64,000 bases of DNA, taken from positions 13,886,352 through 13,950,351 of the forward strand of contig NC_092678.1 in the NCBI RefSeq assembly GCF_964355755.1, in the 5' to 3' direction. Below, one piece after another: positions 1 to 12,969 of the stretch. Every line of letters begins with the position of its first letter. The first letter of the stretch is position 1. This DNA comes from Antedon mediterranea (lineage: Eukaryota; Animalia; Echinodermata). The translations under genes and the position numbers were made by a program. Under the pieces are notes generated by a model. The model was not told the DNA's origin. It ran no database searches and was given only the letters and a program-made list of their open reading frames with translations.

Positions 1-1989
1 ATAACGGTATTTTAACTACTCTAAACACTTACTTTTAATGTCACAAATGTACTTATATGTATATAATATATTCATCAATGAGAATTTAAATAAACGTGAG
101 AAGAACTCACACAAGATAAAAAAAAAAGATACCCATTGCATGAATATATATATATATATATACATAGTAAGAGTTGATTATCAAGATATAACTGCTCAAA
201 AAACGACTAAAGAATATTAAAATGATCTATAAAATTGGCCAAATCTCAGTTTTTGCACCTTCATAAATAAAAACTTCCTAAAGCTGACAAGTTAAAACTC
301 TAAATGTTGGTTACCATTCCTCTCGAATAATATATATATGGTATGTCTTAGGTGTACGAAGATATTATGTTTTAAAAATCTTGAAAAGTGCAATTACAAC
401 TAAATAATTTTAATTTTTCAGTTTTCCTCACATACGAAATACTTATTTTTAAAATTGTTGATAAGTGTACACAATATTATACTAGACTATTCACAGAGAA
501 AGTATAATAACATTTGAACAAGGACCTTTAAAGATATTGGCCCATAAAAGTAACTCCAGGGCTAAAAAAGTGGCGTTTTTGCAGTAGTGGGGTACGTTTG
601 AGAGGCCATTGCTCAAAATTGTCCAAATATTTCGAAGAGAACTTTTGATAAATTGTGGGTAACATTATTAATTTCACAATATCAACTTTCAAAATTTAGA
701 TCCAAGAGTTGGAAAAGACATCCATGTTCTAAGACTCTTTTGAGCTACTGCTTATGGCCTACAGGTCATACATGTAAATGTGAGGGTAAGCAAACATTAA
801 ACTATAAAAAATAATAGCGCAATAAATCATCTGTTCCATGCAACCTAATCAACGTTGTCACCCGAAATACATGCATGTCGTTATTATTTATTATAGAATA
901 GAAACACACATTATTACAATTTTATTATGAATTTCTTCATTATTTGTACTATCAATTTATCACAATGTGTTGTCGTTCAAGTCAGATAAGAAATAGCTTA
1001 AATAGAAAATAATTCCAAAGTACTAATATTAATTATACAAATATTTATAATATTAAATACATACCAACATTTTTGTAAGGCTCCAAATGATGATGGCATC
1101 ACATTACTGTACGATCAGGTCCACGAAAAATATATATCTAATACTTTTTAGCTTTTTTTTTTTGCTTTTATAGTTACAGTTTACAGCGTTCAACTAACAT
1201 TTTAATACATCAATGATATTTTATAACAGCCTTTCAAATACAAATTAAATTCACTACACACTATAAACTTAACGTACACGTACGCAAAATTACGTGTCAA
1301 AAGTTAAAATTCGCAAAATAAATTTCTAATAAAATTAGAGCATCGTTCAGTCTTTTGAGCGTTTAACATTTGTCAATTTCAATACTAGATTCTATACGAG
1401 AAACGTACATAATCATTGGTGATGATTTAAAAAAAACAAAGACTCCAATAAAAACAATAGTACCGGTAGTTGCCAGATGACATTATGACGGATGATAGGC
1501 ATTCAGAACTACACAACGATACCAAGAACATAATAATTAGATGTTTGATTTTTGGGTTAAATGTTAACCGCTACCCCAAAAATATAGAAAATAGGAGATC
1601 TGATTTTGAAATATATCTCATTTTGCCAAGAAATTTCATTTTTGCACTATTAATCTTACCCCCTACCCCAAAAAAATGTATTTCTTTTATTGCAATTTTT
1701 AAGAATAAAAAATGACAATTTCACAGCTAAGAACTTTCACTTTTTGAAATTCACCAGTCAGAATTTTGTATTGCATTCAGTGTCTGTAAAATAAAAAAAT
1801 ATATATTTCTAGAATATTAAGTTGTAATTAAAGTAATGAATATAGTACACACACAAGAGAAAGTAAATACAGAGATTAACTCTGACTGTTTACTGTTGTT
1901 TTAATAGAAATCCATTGTGGCCATGAAATTTCATCTAATAATGAAAATGGAATGCATGTATACAGGGAAATAGTTAATAGAATACATAC

Positions 1990-2136
1990 AATGACTTGAG
2001 GACGTTCGTCTGACTGAAGGCAATCATCAAGGTTCAATGAGTATGTAGCACGTCCAGTAATGGCATCTACTGGACCCATCTCAATCCTTAACTTCAGTGC
2101 ATGGTACAGAACATACAGTGGATGCCCGGCATAGTC
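1990..2136 (-). CDS. Plexin exon, GAP C1 end
   Basis: DYAGHPLYVLYHALKLRIEMGPVDAITGRATYSLN; ttgcag acceptor, gtatgt donor. Confidence 0.9.
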
Positions 2137-2189
2137 CTGCAAAACACATGAATGTTTAAATGAGCAAATGGCCAAAAAGTTAAGACATT

Positions 2190-2532
2190 GGAACTGTAAT
2201 CCATAGCCTTATGCCAAGGGTTTGAGGCTCACTTGCTCCATGGTTCTGGTGGTAGAACGAGTCTTCTTGGATAGTTAATTGTTTTTAACTGTGTGCTAGT
2301 TTATTTTTTATTCTTTTATTTTATTTCATACACATCCAACAGCGAGCACAAACTCGCCAATTACAGGATGAATGAACTATTTTATCGTGCTTATAAACTA
2401 AGTCTGATTTGAGTGTTAGAGAGTGGAGTTAAAAGAGTCTTGAGTTACAACCCTGCCACGAGGTCAGGATTGAACCCTGGACCTTGGGATTGGAAGGCAA
2501 GCATGTTTTAACCACCAATCTACAGCTCCACT
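2190..2532 (-). mobile_element. tRNA-derived SINE, degenerate
   Basis: Minus strand reads ggtggttaaaacatgcttgccttccaatcccaaggtccagggttcaatcc (A/B box-like tRNA head). Confidence 0.6.
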
Positions 2533-2843
2533 ACAATGCGATATGCTATGCTTTTCTGTTCAATGCGCATACTACACTCAGGGAGTGGAAAGAAAAAATA
2601 AAAATATAATAATTTTCACGATAGAACCACACAGACTAAGAATTGAACTTACTGGCATATAATTGCATCACAACGCATTCGCATTAATAGATGAAAGTTG
2701 ATCCAATGAATATGATAAAAATGTGCAATTATCTCTGGGTTAATTTCAATGTTTAGTTAATATAAAACTAATAAACATTTTAAGTAAATCTTCCAAATGA
2801 TTATTTTAATTATATGAATGTAAGAAAAGCAATATAAACATAC

Positions 2844-2910
2844 CTTAAGGTAATTGTACATTGATAAAGCTATCCAATTGGACAACAGCTTTGCAGTCAC
2901 AGAGTCTGTT
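2844..2910 (-). CDS. Plexin exon, GAP domain
   Basis: TDSVTAKLLSNWIALSMYNYLK (cf. plexin TESVAEKMLTNW). Confidence 0.85.
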
Positions 2911-3464
2911 CTATAAATGTTAAACAATAATTCAGTTTGAATATGTTAAACTTATTTTCACATTTACTGTAACTAACAATAAATACATTGACTTTCATTG
3001 CACCAACATTAACAATGTACAGTAACATAGTAGTAAACGTATTTTCTATTTTCTAGTAAGAATGTGCCCTCTAATTTGCATAGAACACAAGATAATATAC
3101 ACAAGATGACCTGAAGTAGTTATGACAGTGAACAACTTTAACAATTTGGTTTGATACTCAATGCAGAAACTAATGCCATCTCAGCAACTCCATTTTGCAA
3201 AGACAATGATTTTAACATAGAATACATCTGACTCAAAATAATGAGACAGAAGCTATGATTGAGCCACCGTTTTGATCTTTATTGGATCAATAAAGATTGA
3301 AACGTTCAAAACTGACTTCCCTCTCATTATTTGGATTTAGTTTTCCATGCTATCTAATATTGGATTAGGTTTGTAGATCATCTTGTGTTTTTGTTGTCTT
3401 GCTTTAGTATAATATCGGACATTATTATACGCTGTTGACAAAGGAAAAATAAAAACAAACTGAC

Positions 3465-3539
3465 CTGGCTAGGACTTGCTTTGCTTTATGCGATGACACA
3501 CAATAATCAATGTTGTCTATTAACAACTCCTCAAGTACC
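3465..3539 (-). CDS. Plexin exon, GAP domain
   Basis: VLEELLIDNIDYCVSSHKAKQVLAR; tatag acceptor, gtcagt donor. Confidence 0.8.
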
Positions 3540-3853
3540 CTATAACACAACACAAATTATTGTCAGTTTCATTTATTTACACAATTAATTGTAACCAATA
3601 AATGTCTATATTTGCTGGATTGTTGTGGTGAAACAAGACTTAAAGACACTTAAGGTTGGCTTTCTTCCAGATTATGTATTTTATTGTTTTACTGATAATC
3701 TGTATTAATGTTTGATGAAGTGTGAAATAAAAACGAAAAAAAAAAAAAAAAAACACGGTTTGAACATCAAAATTGTTTAATTTGATTAAGACAAAATGGA
3801 AGTGAAATTATTTCCATCAAATGTATTATAATATAAAAAAAAAAGTAATTTAC

Positions 3854-3919
3854 TCAGTAAAATAATCCATTTTATCTTTGATGAGAAATTCCACCACAAG
3901 TAAATATGCGATGTTACAT
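3854..3919 (-). CDS. Plexin exon, GAP domain
   Basis: CNIAYLLVVEFLIKDKMDYFTE; phase-consistent with both neighbouring exons. Confidence 0.8.
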
Positions 3920-4756
3920 CTAAAACATGACAAAATAATACACTTTAAACCATTGTTTAATTACAACTTTTTGGAAAAAACTATTAAAAAACTCTTGTAA
4001 GGACAAAATAATATAAGGACAAATTAATATGTTTCTTATATATAAATCTTAGATGTCAAATTATGGGAAAAGTGGAATGTTCAACATATGACATTGGTCA
4101 ACAAGAAAAAAAATATGTTGCCTAACATTGCATTAAATTTAATTAAATGAATTTGAGCTGATTTTGCAATTTAAATTTGGTTAAAAAACTGTACACTGTA
4201 AATTGTAGACCTGAACTTTTCCATCATTTTGTGTCAATGATAACAGGTTTTGAATTTATAAAGCGCACAATTAAGCTAAACTTTAAAGGTTATCTTCTTT
4301 AAAGATGGTTTTAAAAAAACAAATTATATTCAGTTTAAATGAAAAAACAAAAACCACAATATTAAAGTAAAAATAATTTAAAATAAAACGTTACATCACA
4401 ATTAATATTTGTCTCCATTTGTTTTTCAAACATGCAGCAAGTTTTCAATAAAATGGAATAAACAACATGAACAACAATATGTATAGGGAGGTAAACATAA
4501 AATGTGGTACAAATAATGTAACCATATCAACAACAAAAAGAATAAAACAGTTTGAATGCAAACAAATTAACTGAACCAAAATGTTGAGTGCAAAAGGTAA
4601 AAAACCCAAACTTTACCACAATGAACTGAAAACTGTAAAAGCTGTGGAGAAATGGTATGATATTAACTTGAGGCAAATAAAAAAAAAAATATATGTTGTG
4701 ATACACCTTCTTTGAGACCTCCAATTAAGGGAATACACACCTCTATAAAAACAAAC

Positions 4757-5810
4757 TTTCATGTGAAATGAACAAGGGCAATATTGTTTCAACATTATGG
4801 CCAATTACCTTGTTAGTCCAGTCAATCTATGACAAAAAAGGGCGTAACCCAAAACAAATTGCAATAGTTTCCAAACCTTTTTTATTTGATTCTATAAGCA
4901 TCTGGGAATCTGATCATTTCCAAAATCTACCAAAATCGGTTCAGTGGAACATACTTTTTAAGGGGTTTTAAGGTCATAGGGGTCAAATTACACATTTTTC
5001 TATTTTGAAAACTACTAGGCGTAGCATGTTAATTTTGGTGTCAAACTATTCAGAAGACCCATATTTATATGTACTCTAATGAAACCTTTTTACCAAAAAT
5101 TACAGGAAAGCATGTTTTTTACCTTTGACCTATTTTATTGTATATTTTCGTATATTCGTATCTTAGTAACCAGTGGGCGTAGATGAGCGTTATTTGCGTC
5201 AAACTACTTAGAAGGTCAATGTTTATATTAGCTCTAATGGAAAAGATTCATGTAAAATGACCGGAAGTCATTATTTTGACCTCTGACACATATTCATTAT
5301 TTTAGATTTCTCAGTAAATACATTTTTTATATCTCAGTAACCACTGAGCACAACTTCGTCAATTTTGTGTCAAAAGATTCAGAAGACTCATATTTATATT
5401 CACTATAATGAAAAAGTTTTTTAAAAAATGGATAGAAACTGTTTTTGACCTTTGACCTATTATACCAGTATATTTGTTTATATTTACTCTAATGAAAACA
5501 AATGCAAATGTACAATATAACCGAAAATCATTATTTTGACCGTTAACATTTTCTAGTCGTGTCATGAATAAATCTCGAGTCTAGAGTATAAAATTTTAAA
5601 TTTGACCAAATAATAAGTGCGGCGATCTGGCAGACGTTGGGCTGGAATATCAACTGATCTTGCCATAGAACAGTGTCTTATGCGTAGCATAAAAACAGGA
5701 GGAGGTCTAACAAGAGGGCGAAGATTAACTTGTCTGGGTCCTTTCAACTCCAGTCACTACTGTCATGTGAAATGAACAAGGGCAATATTGGCCAATTACC
5801 TTGTTTAGTG
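4757..5810. mobile_element. Helentron/HINE-like element with duplicated hairpin end
   Basis: tcatgtgaaatgaacaagggcaatattg...ggccaattaccttgtt occurs at both ~4760 and ~5762; the interior has repeated tttgacct motifs. Confidence 0.4.
5617..5760 (+). pseudogene. DNA-transposase fragment (Academ-like)
   Basis: Translates VRRSGRRWAGISTDLAIEQCLMRSIKTGGGLTRGR..VWVLSTP, a motif I recognise from large invertebrate transposases; absent from the ORF track. Confidence 0.6.
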
Positions 5811-6149
5811 GACACTTTCTTGTGAACAGACAAAGGGTAATGTGTTTTAACACTACGCTAACCACTATTCAGGAAACATCTTAATTAAGGCAAAGTTTTT
5901 TTTTGAGTTGATGTATACTTTAAAATGCCAAAAAATTATACAACTCTTATAATTTCGGTTTGTAAATTCAATTTGAGACAATATTTTCTAGTACAGGCTA
6001 GATTGTGTCAATATTATAATAATAATATTTGCCTTCATCTTGATTTGTAGGATTATGTTCATTTTTGGAATTTGAAACAGTATATAAAACATACGTAAAG
6101 ATGGCTCACTAATAATTGAAATGTGCAGTATTAAGGGTAAAAAACTTAC

Positions 6150-6268
6150 TTCTCTTTAACAGTAACTTTTGAATTGCTGTCCAACATTTTGATGAAAGTT
6201 AACAAGAAACTCTTGTTAAGAAGAAGCTCTGAAAGTTGTTGTAAACGTTTTGTAATGTTTTCACTATC
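6150..6268 (-). CDS. Plexin exon, GAP domain
   Basis: LQQLSELLLNKSFLLTFIKMLDSNSKVTVKEK; cttag acceptor, gtaagt donor. Confidence 0.85.
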
Positions 6269-6855
6269 CTAAGTAAAGTAAATTATTAGAAAAGAAATAA
6301 TTACTACACAAATATTTATTTCATATTATTAATTTTATTGATCAGAGTGTTTAAACGCAAGAAATTGGAATGTTGATCGTTGTCGAAGAATACTGGGACT
6401 TTTAAGACCAAAGATTACCGTACACCTTGCGTTAGATAACTAACCTAACGCTGTGAGTCTGAACAAACAGAAATGTTTGCTGCTTAACTGTTACTTTGAC
6501 CACTATCACTCATCCATATTTATTGCATATGACCATGGAGTACAACTCGGGTTGTATACAACTGAATAGGAAATAGTTGAATGTTAAGTTTTTTCGTTCA
6601 TAGTTGTTTTAACTCTTTCTAATTATCACTTCATAATATCAGGCTTGGGAGTGCTTGCCTAATACACTCGAAAAAATGCCCTGGAGTCGTGCCATTTACT
6701 GCACGTTTGGTAAACTTTTACACATGAACAGCAACAGCAAACCTATAGCACACTATGTGCTGAGGAGTACAATGTGTAGCACACTAGCAATTTTAAAGAC
6801 ACAAAGCCTGTGATATGATATAATATGAGTGGAGAAAATAAACAAACAAACTTAC

Positions 6856-6996
6856 TTTGTTTTGTGAATCTGGAATGTTCAAAGCCATTGAACATCATGT
6901 TACAGACATATTGTTTGTGAGTAACAAAAGGCATTACAATTCCTTGAAAATCATCTGCCGTCAAATCAGTCAAGTAAACAGTTAAATCAGCGAATG
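6856..6996 (-). CDS. Plexin exon, juxtamembrane / GAP start
   Basis: AFADLTVYLTDLTADDFQGIVMPFVTHKQYVCNMMF; aatag acceptor, gtaagt donor. Confidence 0.85.
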
Positions 6997-7574
6997 CTAT
7001 TACAAAAATAAATAAAAATGATAAGTTTGTGTTTACTAAATATTTAACCAAATATTCTACACTATGTTATAATGTTCTTTACAAAATATTCACATTTCTA
7101 TACTTCATTCAATATGATTGTGTTTGTATTTTGAGAAAAATACTTTTTTTTATTGAGGTTGCATGACAAAGCTATATGAAGTCATCATTGCTTACAATTT
7201 GCAACTGTTGAGTTGGTTAGGACCATCAAACCGGGCAGGGTTGGGTTTCACGGTGCAAATGAAATTGTTGGCCTAAGGATTGTAGAGTACAGCCAGGTGT
7301 ACATGTAATAAGAGGCAGTTGTAAAGGTTGTATATTCTGGCCAGTAAGTTTCATCCACTAAAGACACAACAGAATGCTGAGTACTTTGGCAATAAAAAAA
7401 AAAGATGGGAATTTTGTGTACATAATTGAAATATTGGGACATACTTATGAGAATGAATGACATTATACCAGTTTAAAAGTACTAATTATGGTAAATTAAA
7501 TTATAATGGTAACCTTCAATTTGGTCAGTGTTATGCCCAAATAAGGTCAAGTTATGCTTGAATTAATGATTCAC

Positions 7575-7763
7575 TCATTCATTTCAACATAAGCTTTTTT
7601 GTTTTCTTTGTCATATTGTTTAATCCTTCTTCTATGGATCAGAAGAATGATAAAGTAGAAGTAGAACACCTATTACTGAACAAATTACAATAATTATTTC
7701 TACTTGAAAGTTGGAAGAATATTCGATGGGCCCAAACGTCACATTAATGTTACCATGTTGAAT
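7575..7763 (-). pseudogene. Plexin transmembrane exon, frameshifted
   Basis: IQHGNINVTFGPIEY..IIIVICSVIGVLLL, then FIILLIHRRRIKQYDKE in another frame; 3' boundary approximate. Confidence 0.75.
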
Positions 7764-7828
7764 CTGAAAAGAAAAAAAAATTGAATTATAATACTATACA
7801 CCATTATTTTGTTTTTTGTAAAATAATA

Positions 7829-9640
7829 TTTTTTTTTTCATTTCATTTCTTTATTCGAATTCATAAAATAACACAACATAAAAAAAATACAAAGAATGAA
7901 TTCAGGGTAACACAAAAAAGTAACCAAAGGTCAAACTTATTTCCATTGTGGCCCTTAAGGATAAAAACACCATAAGAATAAACATTTACAATAAACAATA
8001 ACACATGTAGTAACAATATAAATATAAATTATAATCTTTCAAGCATAACCTCTTTGAGATGTTTCCTGATATTTCTTTTGAATTGATTGATGGTTTCTGA
8101 ACACTGTATCAATTTTGGCAGGTGATTCCATGACGTTATTGCCGTGTTAACAAAGGTTGTTTGGGAGTGGTTACCTATATATGGTCTATAAATTGATTGA
8201 GTTGCAAATCTAGTATTGTACTGGTGAATTACATTTGCTCTACTAATACCATCATTCATAAACGTAGGGCTTAATCCATTAATAATACGATACATGTGAC
8301 AAAGTTTTATCTGTTTAACTCTTAAGTCTACTGGGAGCCAATTCAGTTTGTTTAATTCATTAGCCCCAATGTGATCCCTTGGTTCAAGACCAAGAATACA
8401 TCTGACCGTCTTATTTTGTGCAGTTTGCAATTTAACTTTTAATGTTTTTTTTAATCCAGAGTACCACACGCTACAAGCATAATCATAAAGGCATAACACC
8501 AAACTATTTGCTAGTAACTTAAGATCTCTGAAAGTTAAGTACTTTCTATTTCTATATAAAAATTTTACCCTTGAGTTTACTTTCTTTATAACTGATTTAC
8601 CTATATAATCTCCAGTTAGATTGTTATCGAGTTCAAGTCCTAGATAACTTACTGTAGGTTTGTTTGTGATTATATAATCATTGCATGTAACTTTCAATTC
8701 TTGTTGATTTCTGAGTTTACGTTTAGATCCAAATAGAATTGAATACGTTTTGCCTAGATGCAATGACAATCTATTATCTAATAACCAAGAATTAATAGAT
8801 TTTAATTCTTTTGACAATACATTTTGTATATTGGCGACACTTTTATCAGATACAACTATAGCAGAATCATCGGCATAAAGGAGCAGTTTACAACTCAATG
8901 CAGATTCCATATCATTCACATACATTAAGAACAACAGTGGGCCCAATATTGACCCCTGAGGGACCCCACATGTTATTTTTTTCCACGTTGAAAGAGTACC
9001 ACAATTATCAACTACCTGCCATCTATCTGTTAAATATGATTTAAACCAACCTATTACTGTTTGGGACAATCCTAATGCTCTCATTTTGCCTAGTAAAATC
9101 TGATGGTCTACAGTATCGAAAGCCTTTTGTAGGTCTAAGACTATCATACCTGTTAAATTACCTTTATCCCAATTCTTTTTAATATGGTCAGTTAGGTGAA
9201 TTAAACAAAGATCTGTCGAAAAATTTGCTCGGAACCCACATTGGAAATCATAGATAAGTGATTTAGAATTAAGGTATTCCATCAATTGGTCATGTACTAG
9301 TCTTTCAACAACTTTAGAAAAAGCCGAGAGTATAGACACCGGACGATAGTTACCTACCACCGTTTTACTACCCTTTTTGTGAATTGGGATGACTCTCGCT
9401 AATTTCCATTCTTTGGGTACAATACCGGATGTGAAGGACAACTTAATAATATGAGTTAATGGTTTTGCTATTGCAGAAGCCCCATCTTTGAAGAATTTGG
9501 CTGGTAGAGTATCTATTCCGGTAGCTTTACTCGTCGATAATTGTGTCAAAGCTTTAAGAACATTATCTTCAGATAATTCTATGAAAGAAAAATCATTAGG
9601 AAAGACACCTTTGCTACTGTAAAAGACATTGACATGTCAT
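7829..9640 (-). mobile_element. 5'-truncated CR1/L2-group LINE in a plexin intron
   Basis: RT ORF followed by a 3' UTR ending in aataaagaaatgaaatgaaaaaaa; no endonuclease domain. Confidence 0.9.
8029..9549 (-). CDS. Non-LTR reverse transcriptase (partial ORF2)
   Basis: NYRPVSIL, DLQKAFD, GVPQGSILGP, YADD, YLG motifs; open for 506 aa. Confidence 0.92.
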   Translation of the reverse strand: MTQLSTSKATGIDTLPAKFFKDGASAIAKPLTHIIKLSFTSGIVPKEWKLARVIPIHKKGSKTVVGNYRPVSILSAFSKVVERLVHDQLMEYLNSKSLIYDFQCGFRANFSTDLCLIHLTDHIKKNWDKGNLTGMIVLDLQKAFDTVDHQILLGKMRALGLSQTVIGWFKSYLTDRWQVVDNCGTLSTWKKITCGVPQGSILGPLLFLMYVNDMESALSCKLLLYADDSAIVVSDKSVANIQNVLSKELKSINSWLLDNRLSLHLGKTYSILFGSKRKLRNQQELKVTCNDYIITNKPTVSYLGLELDNNLTGDYIGKSVIKKVNSRVKFLYRNRKYLTFRDLKLLANSLVLCLYDYACSVWYSGLKKTLKVKLQTAQNKTVRCILGLEPRDHIGANELNKLNWLPVDLRVKQIKLCHMYRIINGLSPTFMNDGISRANVIHQYNTRFATQSIYRPYIGNHSQTTFVNTAITSWNHLPKLIQCSETINQFKRNIRKHLKEVMLERL

Positions 9641-9989
9641 TAATTTGGATATTATACATATAATGAATGTTTATGAGTTGATGGTTGAAAGATTGACTGC
9701 TCCCATTTAACGGGTACCAAGAGTACAATCATAGGTGTTATAAAAGACATTATTTGTGATAAAAGATATGTCAATTGCAGAAGATTTGGCAAAATCAGGA
9801 GCAGAGTATTTTATTTTGAAATGAGAGGTTACCTCACTTGGCTTTTAATTGAACTAAAAATTCTATATAATAATATTATAAAATGTCCTTTTCTGTACCA
9901 TGCTGTCTTAGAGGTTACTTTTAAAATGAGTAATAATTAGATTATGATTCTTGTGATCTGGCGACCACAAACATTTGCAATACATGTAC

Positions 9990-10148
9990 CTTAACTATAG
10001 GATGATCTTCACCATCTACTGGATTAGGTTCCTTGTCTGGTACTTCAACAATAACTACTGTACGTGTTATTGAATTTACAGTGCATTTAACCCTTCCTAT
10101 GAAGACTTCAACATCCTCAATGTCACTAGCAAGGTTGATGTCAGAACC
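9990..10148 (-). CDS. Plexin exon, last IPT
   Basis: GSDINLASDIEDVEVFIGRVKCTVNSIT...PIVK; 159 bp with ag/gt boundaries. Confidence 0.85.
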
Positions 10149-10529
10149 CTAATAATAAAAAATCACAATCAGTAAATAACTGATTAAGGATTTTAAAAGT
10201 TCTTTTTCAAATTTTAAAATAAATGTAGCTCAATAATACACTTTACACTGAACAAAAACTAACTAAATAATTATAAAAATTATGAGATTTGTGTAAATAT
10301 TTTGTGCAGCAGTAGAAACTAAGTTTGGTTGCTCCTGAGCACGCATTGCATGATGTAAGCACAACACAAGTAACTTGACTATTCATGACACGACTGATGG
10401 ATCAACCATTGCATCATGATAATAGTCAAATTACTTGCGTTGTCAATTACATCCTTCCATTGTGTTAAGTAGAGTTGATTTAATGCTTTTACGCAATACA
10501 CTGCTGAAGAAATAAAACTATATATTTAC

Positions 10530-10808
10530 CATCAACTTTATAAAATCATCAATATCTTTGTCATATCTGTATATTCCATCTACTACAGTCTCTCCATAAA
10601 AAGAAATATTATCAAAGGGATAATATATTGGATTAGGGTAAACTGAGAAACCAAAATCACCACTCAATGCAGGAACGAAACCATCAAATGAAAAGGTCAA
10701 AGGTAAAACTGTCCGGTCTGTCTGTCGTCTGCTACGATAACCTGATGTGGAGAGATCAGCTGGTGGACTTTCACAATCCATCTCTTCATTTGACAGAATT
10801 ATACAGTT
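10530..10808 (-). CDS. Plexin exon, IPT with furin-type RSRR site
   Basis: NCIILSNEEMDCESP...GYRSRRQT...FSFDGF...FSVYPNP; 279 bp, phase 0/0. Confidence 0.85.
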
Positions 10809-11124
10809 CTGAAAAAACAACACATCATTTCTTTATTTATTAATTAAAGAACAATTTACAAGGAATTTTCAAAATAATTAATTAATTTTCATAAAGTCAT
10901 ATACTTTGCTTAAATCTGACAAAACAATTCTACTTAGTAACAATTATAATCAAAATAAATACACAAAAGGCCTATATTGTGTAAATAAAACAGAAGAGAA
11001 ATCAGAGTGTTAATGTTGGAAAACAAAAACATGATCTTAAAATTATCTTTACTTGATAACCAGATGCTTTTGGAGTTGATTTAATGTACTGAGCATTGAG
11101 TACAATTACATCAGAGAAGGATTT

Positions 11125-11281
11125 ATGCTTGGTTACTATTAGAGATGCACAAGGACGCATGTAACATAAGTGATTTGACCAATCACAAGCGATTGATTAT
11201 TCCAACCTTTACTTTTCATTGGTCAACTAGCTTGCGTTGTGTCTACATCCTTGAGTTGCGTCTCTAGTGGCAACCAAGCTT
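11125..11281. mobile_element. Small Harbinger-like MITE
   Basis: Imperfect TIR gcttggttactattagagatgca / tgcgtctctagtggcaaccaagc. Confidence 0.5.
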
Positions 11282-11425
11282 TAAAGCACTCAGATTTTAT
11301 GGATGGATTATGGATATATTCTTATGGATGAATGATATGGATGTAAACATTGTTGACTTCTAAGGAAAACCTCTCTTTCTGTTGAAATTTATTATATTAG
11401 AAATGTAAATGTATCTGAAGCTTAC

Positions 11426-11513
11426 ATTTTCAGCTGATACGATATTTAACAACATCGTTGCTTTCTGTACATATTGGAAATTTGTTCCGGTCACTCTGAT
11501 GTTTTGACCACCT
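11426..11513 (-). CDS. Plexin exon, IPT domain
   Basis: GGQNIRVTGTNFQYVQKATM; ttgcag acceptor, gtaagc donor. Confidence 0.85.
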
Positions 11514-11599
11514 CTGCAAAAATAAGCATTTTAAACATTATCATTACATGGAATATGGTGCTTTAAGTATGAAGGAGTCAATTGATTTTACTTCCAATT

Positions 11600-12786
11600 C
11601 TTAAAGCCCAACATTGTCACATTGTTTTGTATAATAATTTAATACACTGAGCTTTTGTATCAAGGTCAGTACAGTTTGTATCTTACTATAGTAAAGCAAG
11701 GTCAGTTGGCTTGGAACTTTCCATTTTTCGTTTTTTTGACACACGATTTTCAGCCTGAATGAAAAATTAAGAATAATTTTGTTAACTGGCATATGTAGAG
11801 TTTCTCAGTTTACTACCACTGCACAGTTGTATATTATATCTATTTGTTGGCCTACTTCTAATTTTAAGTCTAGTTACTTTCACTGTTCGAGTCACTGTTA
11901 GGGCCAAGCCCTAGCTAGGACTAGATAAAGGACCTTATTTTGGAAAGGTAGGAGGAGGGGATTCTTCTGTTGGCCTAATTTTATATATTTTGGTTTGAAT
12001 GGTGGCACTAAAGGAAATAAACCTAGGCTAGTGAATATGTTAAACTTACCAATTCTATCGTTCTTGTGTTGATATATTTACGATAACAATGGTGATGAAA
12101 TTCAAAATATGGATGCTTTGTTATTATGTCTTCATATGACGCATTAAGAATATCTAGCTCAGATACTAGTTTATTAGCAATATCTTTACAGGTACCATCT
12201 AAGTTTACCCATAACTTGGTACAAGCAACAACCTTGTAAAATCGAACTTCCGTAATTGGAAATGCCGTTTTATCAGTAATGTTTTCATGGTGAAAACAAC
12301 ATTTTATTTGAAGATCACACACGTGGCTTTCATCAATCGAAGCCATGTTGTTGTTTGTGCACAGTTCATGTCACGCGTCCATATTCACCAAATCGTTAAC
12401 AATTGTTGTACTAAAATTACGATAATACTGTTTTATTATCAAGTTTCCTGTTATAATTAATATACTAAATATCACTGAACTTATTCAATGTAGTTTTTGT
12501 GAATAAATATTTTATTTAATGAATAAAACCTTAATGAAAAAAAAAATTTGTTTGGCTAAAGAAGTTTCTCGTGTGGAAAAGGTCATGGGTTAACACAATG
12601 TAAAAAAATTTTCAAATACTGACGTTGAAATGTGATTTCCTTGTTATATGATACGTTTTTTAGGTGAAACTTTGTGTTAAAACTTATTACTTTTAAAATA
12701 TTATTAACATAATTATCATGTAGAGTTTTTTTAGGCTAATGAGACTGGAACGGGATTGAACGATAGGATTTTCACCCGATGGCCTA
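11600..12786 (-). mobile_element. Truncated Academ-like DNA transposon (one terminus plus first spliced exons)
   Basis: Minus-strand terminus TAGGCCATCGGGTGAAAA at 12786; ORF 12023-12346 with FHHHCYRKY motif, gtaagt donor near 12048 and next acceptor near 11756. Family assignment is from recall. Confidence 0.5.
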
Positions 12787-12834
12787 AAATAAATAATGAA
12801 TTTCTCTATAAAATCATTAACTTAAAATGTTTAC

Positions 12835-12969
12835 CTTTGTTGCATTTGGTAAATTCCTAATTGGTATTATGACTTCTTTCTGTAATTGTGCATGAATAAG
12901 TTCCTCATCTGGTTGATAAATTTGTGGACATGACCCTTGACCTTGAAAACCATTTGGTGGTGATGCTGC
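12835..12969 (-). CDS. Plexin exon after PSI2
   Basis: AASPPNGFQGQGSCPQIYQPDEELIHAQLQKEVIIPIRNLPNATK; 135 bp, phase 0/0. Confidence 0.8.

Noticed and set aside
1-750. Possible DNA-transposon end (cagtagctc.. on the minus strand)
   Set aside because: The partner terminus would lie outside the window and no TSD can be verified.
1065-1253. Possible plexin RBD exon (KVLDIYF-like)
   Set aside because: Position fits, but it is too degraded (stops, A-run) to support.
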